This document shows, one piece after another, positions 37,208-52,359 of a DNA stretch of 64,000 bases. The stretch covers positions 6,882,001-6,946,000 of the forward strand of contig OZ024743.1 in NCBI GenBank assembly GCA_964016885.1, read 5' to 3'. The DNA is from Eledone cirrhosa (Eukaryota). The notes beneath the pieces are model-generated. The model searched no databases. It was not told the origin of the DNA and saw only the letters and a list, made by a program, of their open reading frames with translations. A program made the translations under genes and the position numbers. The stretch's first letter is position 1. Every line of letters begins with the position of its first letter.

Positions 37208-40169
37208 AACACGCTATGAACCTGTATAAAGTAATATCTGAGGCTAACACAAACAATGGAAATTATCAAATGTTACGCTTGTAAATAATCAGAAGGTTGT
37301 TAGATAAAAAGTTTGGGAATTGCTCATGTTTATTAATTAAATAGTTTGTTTCCATTTTTGAAACTTGTCAACAAATCAGGATAGAAATACCAATTTCAGA
37401 ATTAGATTAATATAAATGTTATTATATATTCATTTTCAAAAGATACAAATTCACAAAAAAAATAAAGTGGAAAAAATATGCAGGCACAATTACTACGAAT
37501 TCTAGTGCTGCTCTCAAAAATTGATGAGGCAAGCCAAGACACGGTGTTAAGGCGGTAGATAGCGAGACTAAGGCACTGAAATATCATAGCTAAGCACCCT
37601 CTCAAACATCATCTGGTATTTCAGTAAAACTAGTCATCAATGATGACAAGACTTTTGTTGTCAGTGACTCAACTCCACTAAACGTCTTGAATGTCACGAG
37701 CTGAAATTGTAATTTACCGACAATTTACGGTATTTTTATAGTTTATTCCGTTCGCAGTGATTTCATCCCCTGCAGCATCGAGTATGCAGATGAATATATA
37801 ATTACATTTATTAATAAATGATTAATAAAATCATTAATATATGATCATGAAAGTATTATATTTCGAATCATAAATTTCTAAAATATTTTCATCAATGCAC
37901 CAAGACATTCGAAGTGTTTTAATGAGCAACTGTTAATTATAGATTAACTTTATACATACATATATGTATGTGTAATGTTACAATGACAATTTGAAGCCGG
38001 TACATTTCATTTTTCTTATATCGTCCTCTATTGTTACCAATAAAAAATAAAACCTATGAAATTCACATTTGCTAGCATTTGTTATTTATTGTTATTTAAT
38101 TATTTAATATTATTTAAGACAATTGACACCTCTGGCCCACCATATCCTTTTCATATTACAGCAGAAAAAGTAAGATACCAAGTATGGTAGTCAAAACATG
38201 ATTTGCAGGAACATTAGAGATGTCATTGTCAGGAATGTCGCACAAACGAATCGAAAGACACAATTCAACATTTCTAATAATAGCTACGATGGACAAAAAT
38301 ATTCTTTAACCCTGGGTCAGCCCTCACCAAGCAAACTTAGGACTAAAGGCATTCCAGTTCTGACCATGCCGTCTTTTTTTTCGTACTATATATAGGACAA
38401 CATTATTATCCTATCCTCCGATTCTTTAATAAAAAAAAACAAAAAAACGGTAGGGTGTGGTTTGAGCTAGATTTGGCTTCTATTTCTAGCAGGTCGAATA
38501 ACCAAGTAGAACAATAGTGTGTGTGTGCGAAATATTGGAGTATCCAAATAGACAATTATGATTTGTTTCTTAAAAGTTACTTAACATAGTAAGGAGTTTG
38601 GATACTCGATAGCAAATACAGATAATTAAATTTATATACGTATCGGTATTTTTTTAGTGTTCGTTTTCTTTTTCAAGCAAGCGATCGTGAGATAACCTAC
38701 GTATACAATTTTTAATATAATGCCGTAACAATATGCTACAGAAATACCCCCTTATAGATGCTTTCATTATATGAAAAGGATCATCGTTATATATATATGT
38801 GGCTAGTGACAAATATCGCCACTCGAGTATAAAATGCATCACCATTCTAATTCTCACATAACAATACATGCTCAAAATATGTATTAACTAATAAGAAATA
38901 CTAATTAAATCATTTGCCAGAAAAAAGAACAAATGTAGTTATTGTTTAGTTAGAAGTCATTCCTGATGAAAAATATTCAGCATTTAAGCCGAGATGTCTT
39001 GAACTGCAAAATACAATTTATATATTTATCTATTTATTTGAAAAAGACAGTTAAGTTGTATTTATGGAAGATTTAGCTGCTTTTCTAGCATATCAAGTGA
39101 CGAAGTAGAAGCTTCCACTGTGGGCCTAAACTAAGCCAAACATATACTACTCTATTGTAACTTGAAATTAATATAACCATATATAGCTAGTCACTTCCCC
39201 TAAAAATACAATTTGTTTTGTTGTATGCTACAATAGACATTGAATAAGTATGCCAGCAAATAGTTTATGAAAATTGCTAAAAAACAATATCAATACGACA
39301 AACGGAAAGTGAAAATAATCGTTTGATATAGTTGAAAAAAAATTGTTCTACTTAGCCGTTCGACCTAGTAGAAATAGAAACCAAATCTAACTCAAACCAC
39401 ACCCTACCGTCTTTATTTTATTATAAAAGAATCGGAGGATGGAATGAATAACGTTATCCTGTATACCTGTATGTATATGAATGTGTGTGCATTGAGTCGT
39501 TTGAAAATCGGATACAATAGTTCGTGGTGTTCGTCCCGGCTCTCTATGTTCTGAGTTCAAATCATGCCAGGTCAAATTTGCATTTTATTCTATCGACGTC
39601 GATAAATATACATCCCAGTACTGGCATCGATTTTTCCTAGCTCTCTTGCTCTCTTTGCTTTGCTTTCTCTAGAAAAAACTGGTGTTCAGATACACCGTAT
39701 ATCACAACAACAGCCCTACAATTTAATCAAGAGTTAAGAGTCGAAGGCATTTATATTAGTTGAGGTTACCTTGAGTCTCACAAGGCTAACATGTTCTCAC
39801 TACTTAACATTGTCTCTGTTCATTCAAGGCAATGTAACCAAGAGGGTGAATAGTGGCAAAATAATGTTTGTGTCCCGTTATTAAATATTGTGGCAGTTCT
39901 GATATAATGGTGCACACTTTACAACTAGTATCAAATGTACTGGATGGATTGCAGGATAATGGTGGTTTTGAAATACATAATGTACTCACTAGAAATGCAT
40001 TGTTACTATTCCAAGAAATTGTGGTTCAACACGCATATCTTCAGACCTGTCAACTCTCCCCGTCTGACGGGGAGATCTCCCATCCACTTTTGGGTGGGTG
40101 AGAGATGTCTGCTCTTGTGAAAATGGGTATAGCTTTCATTATGTAAAATATCCGTTTTGGGGCACTTTT

Positions 40170-40720
40170 TTTCAGAGTACTCCCTTCTAATTTTTGACAA
40201 TGCATCTGCTCATTCAGCTAGTCACCAATTTATCAGTAATGATAAAATAAGGTGCTATGTTATTGCCACCCAATCTTACATCTATGATCCAGCCAATAGA
40301 ACCAAGCATAATTGTAGCAATGAAGATATTTGGATGTAGTCTTCATGGGAATAAATAATTGTTTCTACGTTAGGCACAAGGGCAGCAATTACCCAGTGTA
40401 TTACTGGTACTTTATTTTATCGACCCCGTGAGGATGAAAGGCAAAGTTAACCTCGGCGGGATTTGAACTCAGAATGGCAAGGGTCGTAACTCTATGCGCC
40501 AAAGCATGGCATCCGACACTCTACCAATACTGCCAATCCACCGCCTCATGGGAATAAATAATGATCTTCAGGGAGACTCGAGAACAAAGAACATTCTGTA
40601 ATATTAAGAACTACAGCTTCAAATCTGTAATATTCAGTTGAGGAGTTTTATACATTGAAGACCACCACTGTAGCAAATGTTTGGAAGCAACTTCTATATA
40701 TATGGAGGTAAAATTTGATT
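40170..40720 (+). mobile_element. Decayed pogo/Tigger DDE transposase relic, interrupted by a SINE
   Basis: LLIFDNASAH and LPPNLTSMIQPIEPSII resemble the pogo DDE motifs DNAPAH and LPPNTTSxxQPMDQGII. Confidence 0.7.
40360..40545 (-). mobile_element. tRNA-derived SINE with 17-bp TSD
   Basis: B-box-like GAGTTCAAATCCC; core CTTTGCCTTTCATCC..GGGGTCGATAAAATAAAGTACCAG; TSD TCATGGGAATAAATAAT. Confidence 0.9.
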
Positions 40721-42439
40721 TTGAACGATTCAAGGCAAGGATTTTCATAGTATAGTTGCGGGCATGTAGAACATATAACACAGAAGACGATGTTAGAAAC
40801 TAACTAGAATACACAGAAGGTGACCTTCAATGCCAAAGAATACCAAATGAGGCTTTCATAGATGCCAGGGATGATGAAGATGACAAATCATTGATGAAGA
40901 AACCTAAATTCTGTTATACAAGAAACTCCTGATGTCATTCTATACATTGATTTTTCAACAGAAACAGATTTTCAGCAATATTATCAACATCATAGTCTTA
41001 AAGGCACTACTGTATTATCCAGAAGCATCATCAGTGAGTTAAACAACTGAAACTTGACTTATTCTTCAAACCAATGTGTTCCAATCTTGCTGATGATATT
41101 AAGTACCTATCCACTGTTGACTCAGTCACCTCAGACTTTTATGGGAGGGAGGCAGGAACTATTGAAGCATCATAGCTCTACAAATTCATAGTGACAAGCT
41201 AACACCTCTATATCTACCCCATTTCTACCACATCAAGCTCATATATTATCTATCACAAATAAATGAAATTAGCAATATGTGGTATTAACTTCATTCTTAC
41301 ATACTGTAATGTTAAATAATTTTACAAAATATGTTTATATGCTTCATTTTCTGCAATTTTGTTATTGTTTGTCATATTCATATCCACATGAGTATGGCAT
41401 GCCTCCAGACCTGACTTGTCTCATAACATGACAACCCATCTAACCCATACAAGCATGGAAAAATAGACGTTAAATGATGAGTGTATATATTTCCAGTATC
41501 TTATACATTTACAATATTAACACCTACCATCGGATCCAAGAATCAAATATCCTATAGGTTTCCTATAAGACCTATATAATACTTGTTCTCATTAAGTTCA
41601 CACTTTGTTTTCATATTAAAAGTATTTGATCATACACATAATTCTAGAGAGATATAACAATTGGAAGAAACCAACAACTATAATATGGAAACTAAATCCT
41701 CCATTTTATTGTTTGAATCCAATACGAAATGGAAGTGAAAAATGCGCATCACTCCTGAATAAACTTAATGAAAATTTGACACCTAGTCCATACTTATTAT
41801 TAATATATATATATATATAAACATGTCTTATCTGTAGATTGAAAAAGCAGAACAGCTTGGTTCAAAATTTGGTCCTTTTGGAACCTTCATCATTTCATGT
41901 CCGTTGTTCCACAAGTGCATGGGTTGGACAGGCCCTTCTCAGTATAGCATTTCTCCACTTATTGCATTCCTTTGTTATCTCATCTGTGAACTTTAGCAAT
42001 CTAAGATCAGCTCCCACTACTTTCATCCAGGTCTTCCTTGGTTTTCCTCTACTACAGCTTCCTTTCACTGGGATTATTTGGCACTATAAGACGTTTGTGT
42101 CTCTGTGTTTCATATTGTATAAGGTGTCTTTGTGTTTATATGTATGAGTATTTGTTGTCATATTTTGTTTATATATATGTCTAAGGCAGCGAATTGGCAG
42201 TCATTAGAAGGTCGAATGCTTTGGAGAATTTGTTCTGGCTCTCTGCTATCTCAGTTCAACTTTGCCTTTCATCCATTCCAGGTTGATAAAAAAAGTACCA
42301 GTCAAGTACTGGGGCCGATTCTTCTATATCTCTTTTTCACTTCTGTTCTCTCACTCTTTCAATCCTTCTCTGGAAGAAATCTGCTGTGTTCAAACATGGA
42401 GAAGAATGGCCTCTGTCAGGCTTAAAATACCCAAGAAAT

Positions 42440-43030
42440 GCCATATCTCACTACAGCAAGTGGAGAAGTTTAAGTATTTCGTGTTCACAAATGTTGAAAG
42501 CAGGTGACTGAATTAAGTGCAAGAATTGCAGGAACTGGTGCAGTAATGCATCAGCTTCAGCATTCAGTCACCAGAAGACTATCTTCAATTTGGTATTCAT
42601 GCCAACCCTTACCTATGGTCATGAATCTTGGGTAATAACTGAAATAATATCATCACAAATACAAGCAGCTGAAATGGGGTTCCTTAGAAGGGTCTTTGGA
42701 GTAATGTTACTTGATAGAGTGCATAGTTCAGGGATCAGCGAGTTGCTCCAGATAGAGTTGTTACATCTCCAAATTGAGAGATCACAGTTCTGGTACTACG
42801 GGCATGTGGTTAGAATGTCTCAGGAAAGAATCGCTGGACAGATTTTTATGGGCAAAACCAACAGATAGGAGACCCAGAGCAAGATGGTTGGATAACATCC
42901 ATGAGTTTGGCTGGTCACGCTTGGGGATCAGGCCAGATCAGTTGAAGACGGTTGCTTTTGACAGGACTCACTAGAAGGTGTGCTTAAGGACTCTGCAACT
43001 ACATCCTTCCCAGGAATAAGTGGGATGAGG
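42440..43030 (+). mobile_element. Rex3/Expander-like RTE LINE 3' fragment
   Basis: LTYGHESW...AAEMGFLRR...YGHVVRM; followed by a purine-rich (GAG/AAG) microsatellite. Confidence 0.8.
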
Positions 43031-43589
43031 AGGAGAAGTAGAAAAAGAAGAACAAGAAAAAGGAGGAGGAGAAGGAGAAGAAGAAGAACAAGAGGAGGAG
43101 GAGGTTTCAAGATAGATAGATAAAAGTGTTATAAAAATAATTACAGAAATACTAAATTTTAAAATCAGAAATATAAAAATTTAATGTGTTCTAACAAAAT
43201 AAAATAATGTGAAATATATAGTTGTATTATATAAATTTATTTTGATTGATGATAAAACAAAAACTGAAATAAGTTTCACAGCTGTAACTTGTAAGGCAGA
43301 ATTTGGTAGAGCTTTAAAGTTAATTTATTTCAACTTCAGTAGAAAGGATCCACATGACCACTGCTGTAATGATAAATTAAAAAAAAAATTTAGGGAATTC
43401 ACCATTTTAATATATTTTCCAACATTTACAGACTACAACAAAATATTATGCACTATTCTATCAGAAACCTATCTCTATTTTTGCTTTGAAATGTTCCAAA
43501 ATAAATTACAAATGTAATATTCTATAAAAATATCTTTCGAGATACTAAATTTAAAAATCAGTTCATAATCTTCATGGACAGGATTGACA

Positions 43590-44040
43590 AGCACAACCGG
43601 GTTGGCAGGTGTAGGATCAGTCAGCTGGAATTTGCAGATGACATAGTGCAACTTAACTTGTAAGAAGGTGATATCCAATATGCACTTGGTAGGCTTGCTG
43701 CCGAGTGATGCACAGCAGGAATGAAAATCAGTGCTGCAAAGACTGAGACACTCCTCTCAAGGAAGCCTGTGCAGTGCACTGTACATGTGTGTGGAGTTCT
43801 ACTATCTTCAATTTGGTATTCATGCCAACCCTTACCTATGGTTATGAGTCTGGGGTAATAATCAAAAGAATGCAATTGTGAATACAAGCAGTTGAAATGG
43901 AATTCGTTTTAGACACTGAACAAGATGGTTGGATAACATCAACGAGCTTGGCTGGTTTTATTTGCAGATCCAGCTGGATCAATTGGAATTAGTTGTTATT
44001 GACAGGACCTGCTGGAAGGCATGCTTAAGGATTCTGCCCC
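43590..44040 (+). mobile_element. Internally deleted Rex3-like LINE fragment
   Basis: FADD-like segment plus segments shared with 42440-43030. Confidence 0.65.
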
Positions 44041-45443
44041 CAGATATCAGAAAGGACAGAATATTTTAAAAAACATTTAAAAAATTCAAATCTCCTTATT
44101 TGGCATGATGCCATACTGATACTGATAATTAAAAATGAAAGTGATTTCAAATTGAATAAACAAGCCAATGACACCTGTCAGATGGTTTTGAAGGTCAGGT
44201 TCATTCAAAACACACTAAAAAAACATAGGAAAGATTGTAATGAAATCTGTGAGGGTGGGAAACTCCAAGGATCCCTCCTTTCCCTTCTGATATCTCAAAA
44301 GCAAGTCATTTCCCATAAGTTTAGAGGTCAGAATCATTGAAAATACATGTTTATGTAAAAATTTACCCGTAAATCAATATCTAAAAAAAATCTGTTAATA
44401 ACTAGAATATTGACCGAAAATAAACATACAGATGATACAAAGAATAATAGTTTCTGTTCCAAAGAGAGAATATTATGTTTTATACTCTATGAACTATAGA
44501 GATGATAATGAATATGAATTAGTGGAAGATGAATTCTGCTCTTTAGACTAGGAAATAATCGAATCAGAATATTGGTTCAGGATACGAATGATACAAAAAA
44601 ACCTCTATGATGAAGGAGGGCATCAGATATCTCTCCATCTTCAGTACCACCACCCTCTACTACTTACTAAATATCAATTTTTTTCTCCATCCCACTGAGA
44701 CTCTTCATTGACATTTACCTCTCATTTGTGCCCATAGGCAATACCATCACCATCATCTTTATTTTCTCCCTCATGACAAAAAGCACCCAGTACTCAATGT
44801 TAATGAGGTTGGCGCTAGGAAGGGCATTCACTGAAACCAAGGTAGATTCGGTTCTGTGTGAGCATGGCATGGTCACCTGACCTGGATTTTCTCACAACAG
44901 GATAACTTGTCTAATTCATGCCAGTGTGGAAAAATGGGCGTTAAACAGTGATGATTAGACTCAGCTGTCATCCACAATTCTCATTTTCACACTTCTCTTT
45001 TGCTATCCATTACTAGCACCCTCCTTTCCTATTATGACAATCCCTTATTTATCAACCTCCCTTCAACCAATCTCTACCATGTAGCTACAACTTTCTCACT
45101 ACCTCCCCTACCATCATGTCACCATTTCTTCCCCCATTATCTCCTCATTTAACTTCTTGTCCATCACTCCCTTTAAACTACTCTCATGCACATCCACCTT
45201 GAAAGAATGGATGTTTAGTGTTATGAAATAAGACAAACTCTCTAGTGCTGTTGCCGAGATAAAATGCATCAAGTACAGTCAATAAGGTGGTTGGTGATAG
45301 TAAGGCATTCATCCTCAGAAACCATGCCTAAGAGGGCAATAAATTTCAAATAAGAACTCTCTCAGACCATAACAACCCAAGCCAGAATAAAAAGCAGATG
45401 TAAAATGATAATGATTTAAAACACACTCAAAAAATCATTGTTC

Positions 45444-47987
45444 TTACGATTGAATGTCAGATCTTTGAGAAGGCATATCTTCAGAAGAGAGTAGGTCCGT
45501 TGATGGTAACAACATAGGCATTCTCACGGTACACAATGGATCAGCAACATAACCATTCTTATCAATTTGTGTTAAAGGATAACGTCTTCGAAGTTCTTCT
45601 GTTTGGGTTCCACTATTTCTTGAGGCTTCCATTTCCCACCGAGTTCTCATAGCAGTTACGTGACCAGTTAGTGGAGGAGTTGTACGTCCTTCATCTTCAG
45701 AGTCATCAGAAAGTACACTCAATTCTGAAATGGTATCGTTTGTAATGGTATTTCCATTACTTATTAACATCACAGCTTGGGATTGTCTACATTCTTCTAA
45801 GATTGGAACTATATTTTTGAAATCAGGTCGTTCCTCAGCATTAGCATGCCATCCTTTTTGTAAGATTCCAACAATAGGTTTTGGAAAAGTGATAGCAATA
45901 GGAGGCCTAGTGTGATGATATGCCATTTCAGCGGCAGTGGCAGCTGGCTTAAGATGGGCAAATGGCATTTCACCAGCTAATAATTCCCACAAACATAAGG
46001 AATAGCTAAACATATCTGCTCTTATGCTATACTTTGTACATTGAGTAAATATTTCAGGGGCCATCCACCGCAAATTTCCTGGCTGTTTAGTCATATTCTC
46101 TTCTTCAGTAGATCTTAAGAAACGAGATTCTCCAAAATCAGCAACTACAGCATGACAATCTTCTTCTAAGAGAATATTATGACTATTAAGATCTCGATGG
46201 ATTATGGGCATTGGCAAATTATGTAAGTACTCCATCCCCTTAGCAACATCCACTGCAATTGTCAATTTAGTGTGCATATCTATTAGACGCTTTTGCTCAT
46301 GTAACAACCCAAAAAGAGATCCACCTGATACAAATCGTGTAACAATAGCAAATTGACTAGGATCGTCTAAACATGCACCAATGAAATGTATAACATATGG
46401 GCTAGCTAATCTTGCCAAAATTGATACTTCTCTACAAAACATGTCCACATCAGATTTTGAACCAAATGAGCTTGCACGGTATCGTTTAATAGCAACAACT
46501 TTACCCCGGCACTTTCCCTTAAATACTTTTCCAAAAGAGCCACTTCCAATTGTTTCTTGAGATTCAAGGTCTGTAACTTGTAAATGAAAGTAATGTGGCA
46601 ATGTAGCTCTCAACTGGAGAACATCAATTTTTTCTCTAGTGACACTACGGAGTTTTCCTATAGGTGAAGGGACAGATACATAGCTGCCATCACCCCCAGG
46701 TTGAGAGTAGTCCCCACAAGCAGATTCATCTTCAGGCCTCTTATGATGTTTCAATAATGTAACAATTGAATCATGACCGTTTTCATATGCCCACATTAAT
46801 GATGTCTGTTCCTCTTTCTTTTCACTACCACCATTTTGATCACTAACTGATGCAACCAAATTAACATCGGCTCCACTTTCTAGAAGAAAATGAACAACTC
46901 GTAAATGTCCATGGTAACAGGCACTATGTAAAGCAGTATGTCCATCTTTTCCTTGATAATTAATATCAACATTTTGTTGTTCAAGTAAAAATTTTATCAA
47001 CTCTATACTTTTTCCTGTTGTACAGGAAGCATGTAGTGGTGTTTCGCTGAAGATATTCTCGATGTTAAGACTGCCAGCTCCAGTGTGTGATATCAATGCC
47101 TTACAAATTTCCAATTTAGAATAATAACAAGCCAAATGCAATGGTGTATCTCCATAGATATTAGTGATATGCGTGTCAGCTTTATATTCGAGTAGAAAAC
47201 TTAAAATCTGAAGGTTTCCTGCTTTACAACAAAAATGTATAGGGCGGTGTTCCTCATCATCTTTTACATTCACATCTACTTTTTGGTCAGTTGTCCCTTG
47301 AAGAAGCAACTGCGTGATTCGGAGGTAACCTTTGGCACAAGCTAAGTGAAGCGGACGATCACCAACACCTCCACTGATATTTATGTTAGCACCATTTGCA
47401 ATAAAGCTTTCAACCATTTTATCGTGACCAAAAAAACTTGCAATATGTAATGGAGAAAATTTGACAGCATCTCCGGAATTGATCCGAGCTCCATGTTCCA
47501 ACAATATTTGAGCAATTTCAAGATGCCCACACATAGCTGTAATATGAAGAGCTGTCATTCCACTATTGCCAGTAACGTTAACATCAATGTTTGCTTCACA
47601 TAAAGCGACGACTGTTTCTAAATCACCTTTATAAGTAGCTAGATGAAGTGCTGAAAACTGATTCTTGGTGAGATAAATAGCTTTTATTCCTTGGTGTAAA
47701 AAATAGTTGATAAGTTCTTTTGAATCAGGCCCTGCACCACTAATGCAACAGATGTGCAATAAAGTATGTCCAGTGTCAGTTTTCTCATTGACATTATCAT
47801 CATTTAACAGTTCTTTAACCCGAGCAAGATCACATCGGTTGCAGGCCAGCTGTAACTCAGACCATTCTGTATCCCGTGGCCGGAGATCCTCTATAGCTTT
47901 TGAACGAAACAGTGAATAACTTTCACTAATTTTTTTCTTCAGTTCATCTGCACATGAAATTGTTGGTCGAGATTTATAATTACCCAT
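45444..47987 (-). CDS. TNNI3K: TNNI3K-like ankyrin-repeat Ser/Thr kinase, single-exon CDS, 847 aa
   Basis: N-terminus MGNYKSRPT as in TNNI3K; about 10 ankyrin repeats; intact kinase motifs [24 protein letters not shown]; uninterrupted ORF. Confidence 0.97.
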   Translation of the reverse strand: MGNYKSRPTISCADELKKKISESYSLFRSKAIEDLRPRDTEWSELQLACNRCDLARVKELLNDDNVNEKTDTGHTLLHICCISGAGPDSKELINYFLHQGIKAIYLTKNQFSALHLATYKGDLETVVALCEANIDVNVTGNSGMTALHITAMCGHLEIAQILLEHGARINSGDAVKFSPLHIASFFGHDKMVESFIANGANINISGGVGDRPLHLACAKGYLRITQLLLQGTTDQKVDVNVKDDEEHRPIHFCCKAGNLQILSFLLEYKADTHITNIYGDTPLHLACYYSKLEICKALISHTGAGSLNIENIFSETPLHASCTTGKSIELIKFLLEQQNVDINYQGKDGHTALHSACYHGHLRVVHFLLESGADVNLVASVSDQNGGSEKKEEQTSLMWAYENGHDSIVTLLKHHKRPEDESACGDYSQPGGDGSYVSVPSPIGKLRSVTREKIDVLQLRATLPHYFHLQVTDLESQETIGSGSFGKVFKGKCRGKVVAIKRYRASSFGSKSDVDMFCREVSILARLASPYVIHFIGACLDDPSQFAIVTRFVSGGSLFGLLHEQKRLIDMHTKLTIAVDVAKGMEYLHNLPMPIIHRDLNSHNILLEEDCHAVVADFGESRFLRSTEEENMTKQPGNLRWMAPEIFTQCTKYSIRADMFSYSLCLWELLAGEMPFAHLKPAATAAEMAYHHTRPPIAITFPKPIVGILQKGWHANAEERPDFKNIVPILEECRQSQAVMLISNGNTITNDTISELSVLSDDSEDEGRTTPPLTGHVTAMRTRWEMEASRNSGTQTEELRRRYPLTQIDKNGYVADPLCTVRMPMLLPSTDLLSSEDMPSQRSDIQS

Positions 47988-49139
47988 TTGTTTATTTATT
48001 TTTGGAAATAATAATCCGTTAAATCAAGAATTATTTTAGTCTTCAAAGAAATAATTTATTATGGTAGCCGAGATATGAGCATGACGATTTAAAAAGAATA
48101 ATTTCAACAAAGCCCAAGCTGTGAAGAAAACATTAGTGGTGTGATAACGTCTTACTTGTAGACATATTAACTCTAGCAGAAAAGCATTTTCGTGTTAAGA
48201 GCAAACGACATTATACAATAAACATTGATTTTTCGTACACTACTACTCGAATGTAAATATATAAACATTTATGAAAACTTATTTTCTTTTAGGTAACATC
48301 AAGCCCCAGCATGGTCGCACTCCAATGACTGAAAACAGAATCAAATGAAATTTGTTATCCTCTCAGACCATAATAAAAAATAATTAAGGTCGTATGGATT
48401 ATTACGAATTCCTAAAAACATACTCAGACGAGTAAGATATGCTGCAATAAAAAGTTCCAAACAAATGCAAAAACTTACAGTGCAACAATAGACTGTTATA
48501 TTGAATAGGATGCAGATATCAATGGCAGAACCTTTCAACTTCGATAGATATTTTCTTTCGGTTATTTGTTATTGATGCTGGGTAAAAAATAAGCAATGTA
48601 TGGAAGTCTAAAAGTGCATAAAAATATTTACTTAAATAGTTTTAGCCTCACTTTGAAGTAGATACAAACTCTTTATCTATTCTATTTTATATCAGTTTTT
48701 ATTTCAATAATTAAAAGTTTTTAACATAAGTAATTTGTTATATTAACTATGAACATCTTAAGAATGTAGAAGTGCAATATTATTACTATTAATACGAATA
48801 CTATTTTATTTGTATGTAAAGTTCTAATTCTGTTTCTTGTTCAGGCTGTTCAACCCATACAGGCCTACATAAGCGTTAAAATTATGTGTTCGGCTTATTT
48901 GAGTTCCAGTACGAGGCGAAGAAGAGTGCGTAATCTTGACAATGGCCTCACAGCCAGAAACAGCTGTTGGCTGCTTCCTCCTTGCTTCTACTGGAACAAG
49001 GTAGATAGCGCCAGTTACCACCTTTAAAATTCATAGCTCAAGGCTTTCTAATATTTATTCTTAAACATATCGTGTATTATTCGATATACATGTATGTATA
49101 CATCTATGTTGAAGCAAACATCCTAATTCTATTTATTAT

Positions 49140-50378
49140 GAAATAATGAAAATATTGTGTACAGTGCTCAGGTGCACTACAACTCATCAAAAGTGTATGT
49201 ATAGTACATAGGGTAATGTGCAAACGTCAGGAAAATAAACAGTGCATGAGTCATGATATACACATGTGTGCATGTGTATGGAAGGGGGACATCAGGTGTA
49301 GTTTTGGCGAATTTCAGGAAGCATGGGGGTTTTAAAGGATGCAGTGTCTCGGCAGCTAACAACTGATGCAGGCAGTTTGTTCCATGCTTCAGCAACTCTA
49401 AGAGTGAAAAAATGTTTTTGAAAGTCATGGGAGCTGTCCTGTTTTCTGACTTTGTAGGCATGTCTACGTGTATTAGACACATGGAGATCAAAAAGGTGCT
49501 CAGGGTTGGCGAGATGGTTAATAACTTTGTGGGTGTTTACCAAGTCCATTGCCAGACGTCGGAGCTTCAATGAATCCATGCCCAGGGAAGCAAGGCGTTC
49601 AGAGTATGGTAGGTGTATGATGGAGGGTATGCTCTTGGTTGCACATCTCTGAACAGTTTCCAGGAGGTCAATGTTCTGAGCAAGATAGGGGTTCCAGACT
49701 GATGATGCGAATTCCAAGTGTGGTCGTACCATAGCTGTATACAGCTTTAAATAGATGGCTGGAGAGCGGCTAACAAAGGTCTTGCTGAGTGATGCCAAGA
49801 CACCCTCGGCCTTCTTGACAATTTTAGAGACGTGCTTTGTCCAACGCAAATCGCTGCTGACAGTGTTGTGGACGCTGGATTTTTCCTTCCAAAATGCATG
49901 GTGGTACACTTGTCCACAGCCAGCTTCAATTGTCAGTCTATGATCCATTACTGCATTGTGTCCAGGTCTAATTGTATGAAAGAGTTATAGATTCCAGGAT
50001 CTGTCCTTTTGATTTCAAGGTACAGCTTGATGTCATCTGCATATTTCAGTACCGTGGCATTCTTTAAGTTGGCATCTATGTCATTAATATATGCCACAAA
50101 CAAAAGGGGACCAAGAACAGATCCCTGTGGTACACCAGATGACATCTCATATGGTGAAGAATGCTGTCCTAGAACCGTGACTACCTCTTTTCGGCTGAGA
50201 ATGAAGGATTTCAACCAGTTAAAAAGATCATCCCTCACACCCATTGCAGAGAGTTTCGCCATAAGTCTTTTGTGTGGCACAGAATTAAAAGCCTTAGCGA
50301 AGTCAAGGTAAACAACATCCACCCATGAGCCGCTGCCAGTGATCCGGGTAATGTCTTCAAGGAACTTGATAAGCTGAT
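49140..50378 (-). mobile_element. 5'-truncated CR1/L2-clade LINE, degenerate
   Basis: DVVYLDFAKAF, GVPQGSVLGPLLF, YADD, VRPHLEF and FFTLRV..WN.LP motifs with stops and frameshifts; its 3' end recurs at about 19600-19720. Confidence 0.92.
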
Positions 50379-51370
50379 TATATTTGTGTTTCTTTAGAAT
50401 TTATTAGTATTCCAACTTATAACCAAATGGGAAATTTAATAATATACTGTTAAGTGAAGAACTTGTAACATTTCAGCAAAAATTGAACAGAATAACAAAA
50501 AACTAAATAACTAATATGATGTAACACAAATTAGCATTGATAATAGACTAGAATTTATGGCTGAAAATAAAATGATACTGTAAAGAAATGAAAATTGACA
50601 TTATCATCATCCTCGTTTAACGTCCATTTTATATGCTAGCATGGGTTAGACGGGTTGTCCCATTACAGAGAAGTTGGGTCAGATGCCCGTGTCTTGCACA
50701 TATAGAACTGTTTCTGGCAAGATTTCTATGGCTGGATACCCTTCCTAACATAAACTACATTTACAGTGTGTGCTGGGAGCTTTTTGTTGTGACACCTACA
50801 CGATCACTTTACAGTGTGGACTGGATGCTTTTTGTTGTGACACCTACTCAACCATTTTACAGTGTGGGCTGGTTGCTCTTTGTCCTGACACCTACACAAT
50901 CTCTTTACAGTATGGGCTGTATGCTTTTTGCATCAACTTCCAGTTATCAAGAATTATTATACAGGTTAAAAGAACACTCGGTACTGCCTTCAGTGCATAG
51001 TAGGGTCCGATCAACCCATTACTTTTGGAGTTCTTACATTATGATTTCAAAAACAGCAAAGCTCTTACTTTGCAGGTAATCACAAAGCTCTTTGGACATA
51101 AATGTTGATTCATTATCTGATTGTATATATTCTGGAAATTCATAGAGTAAGAGCAGTGTATTGAAACTCATAGCAACAGTATCTTTGTCTTGGGAGACTG
51201 ATATAAACTCTCATGACTGGTCAATGAAAATAGAATTTATTATGCTAGATTTCAGGAACCCCTTGAAGTAAATATTTAAGCAGCCCAAGTTTGAATTACT
51301 TCAATAACTGGAAAAACTTTGGGTGTAGAGAACTGGGGCTTTAGTCTGACACAGTCATTATATCCTACAA

Positions 51371-51695
51371 CAGAGGTTCTCAAACTGTTTGGGCCACTGC
51401 CCCCCTCACAGCCACGTAATACACTCAGCGGCCCCTAAATCTATTTCCAGAGAGACTTGCCTACAAGCAAATTGTAAAAAATCGTTAATTTATATATAAT
51501 AAATAATATAATATAGACTATGTATAAATATATATATATATTTTTTTATTGTACTATATTTATTATATATAATATGTATTATTTGATATTTAATATACTA
51601 TTATATCATCTCTACTGCCCGTTAAGGCCCCAGCGCCCCACTGGACCCTCTCAACGCTCGCAGGGGAGTAGTAGTGCCTACTTTGAGAACATCTG
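51371..51695. mobile_element. Non-autonomous hAT element
   Basis: TIRs CAGAGGTTCTCAAA / TTTGAGAACATCTG; 8-bp TSD TCCTACAA / ACCTACAA. Confidence 0.85.
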
Positions 51696-52359
51696 ACCTA
51701 CAACATCCTCAACAGAAAGTGGTAGATTCGTAATATACACATTGAAAGCCAGCTGTGGGATTTCCATAGACAAATATTGAATTTTAGGCAAGCATATTGA
51801 GTAATTTTGCACCATTAACACTATCTTATTTTATTTTGAACTAAACATAAATGATTACAGTCCTTTGGGCTTTTTTTTTTTTTGGCAGTGATGATAAGTT
51901 TCATAAATTATTTCCTCTATATTTATCCTAAATTTTATCTCTTTTCAAACTATTCTCAAACTTATTTGAATGCAACACTGCAAGTTTGTAGTATTGAAAC
52001 ATTAAACAATTCTTGAAAGGAAAAATATAAAAAGCTTCAGGCATGATTTATTTGTTATTTGTATCTGTAAATTGTGTGTTCAATTCTTTGTATTCCTGTG
52101 TCAAAACTTCAATGGCTCAATATTGATTTCTTTGTGTTAAAAATATATTGATTTATTTCATCATTCAATATTGAATATAGAATAAGTTTTATACACTTTT
52201 TGACATTGCCACTGTTGCATTGGTGCTGTCATAATTTCAGTATTTATTTTTTCATGTTGACAAAAGTTATGTAGGGCTCTAATGACGTTCTCTCTGGGTA
52301 TTTTGATGGTGACTTTTGGTATCTGATGATACCACTTTGTTTTCAATAGAAAGGCTTGT

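Noticed and set aside
48942-49000. Plus-strand mini-exon MASQPETAVGCFLLASTGT with AG|GTAGAT donor
   Set aside because: No partner exon or recognisable homology; its phase does not fit dynein exon 2.
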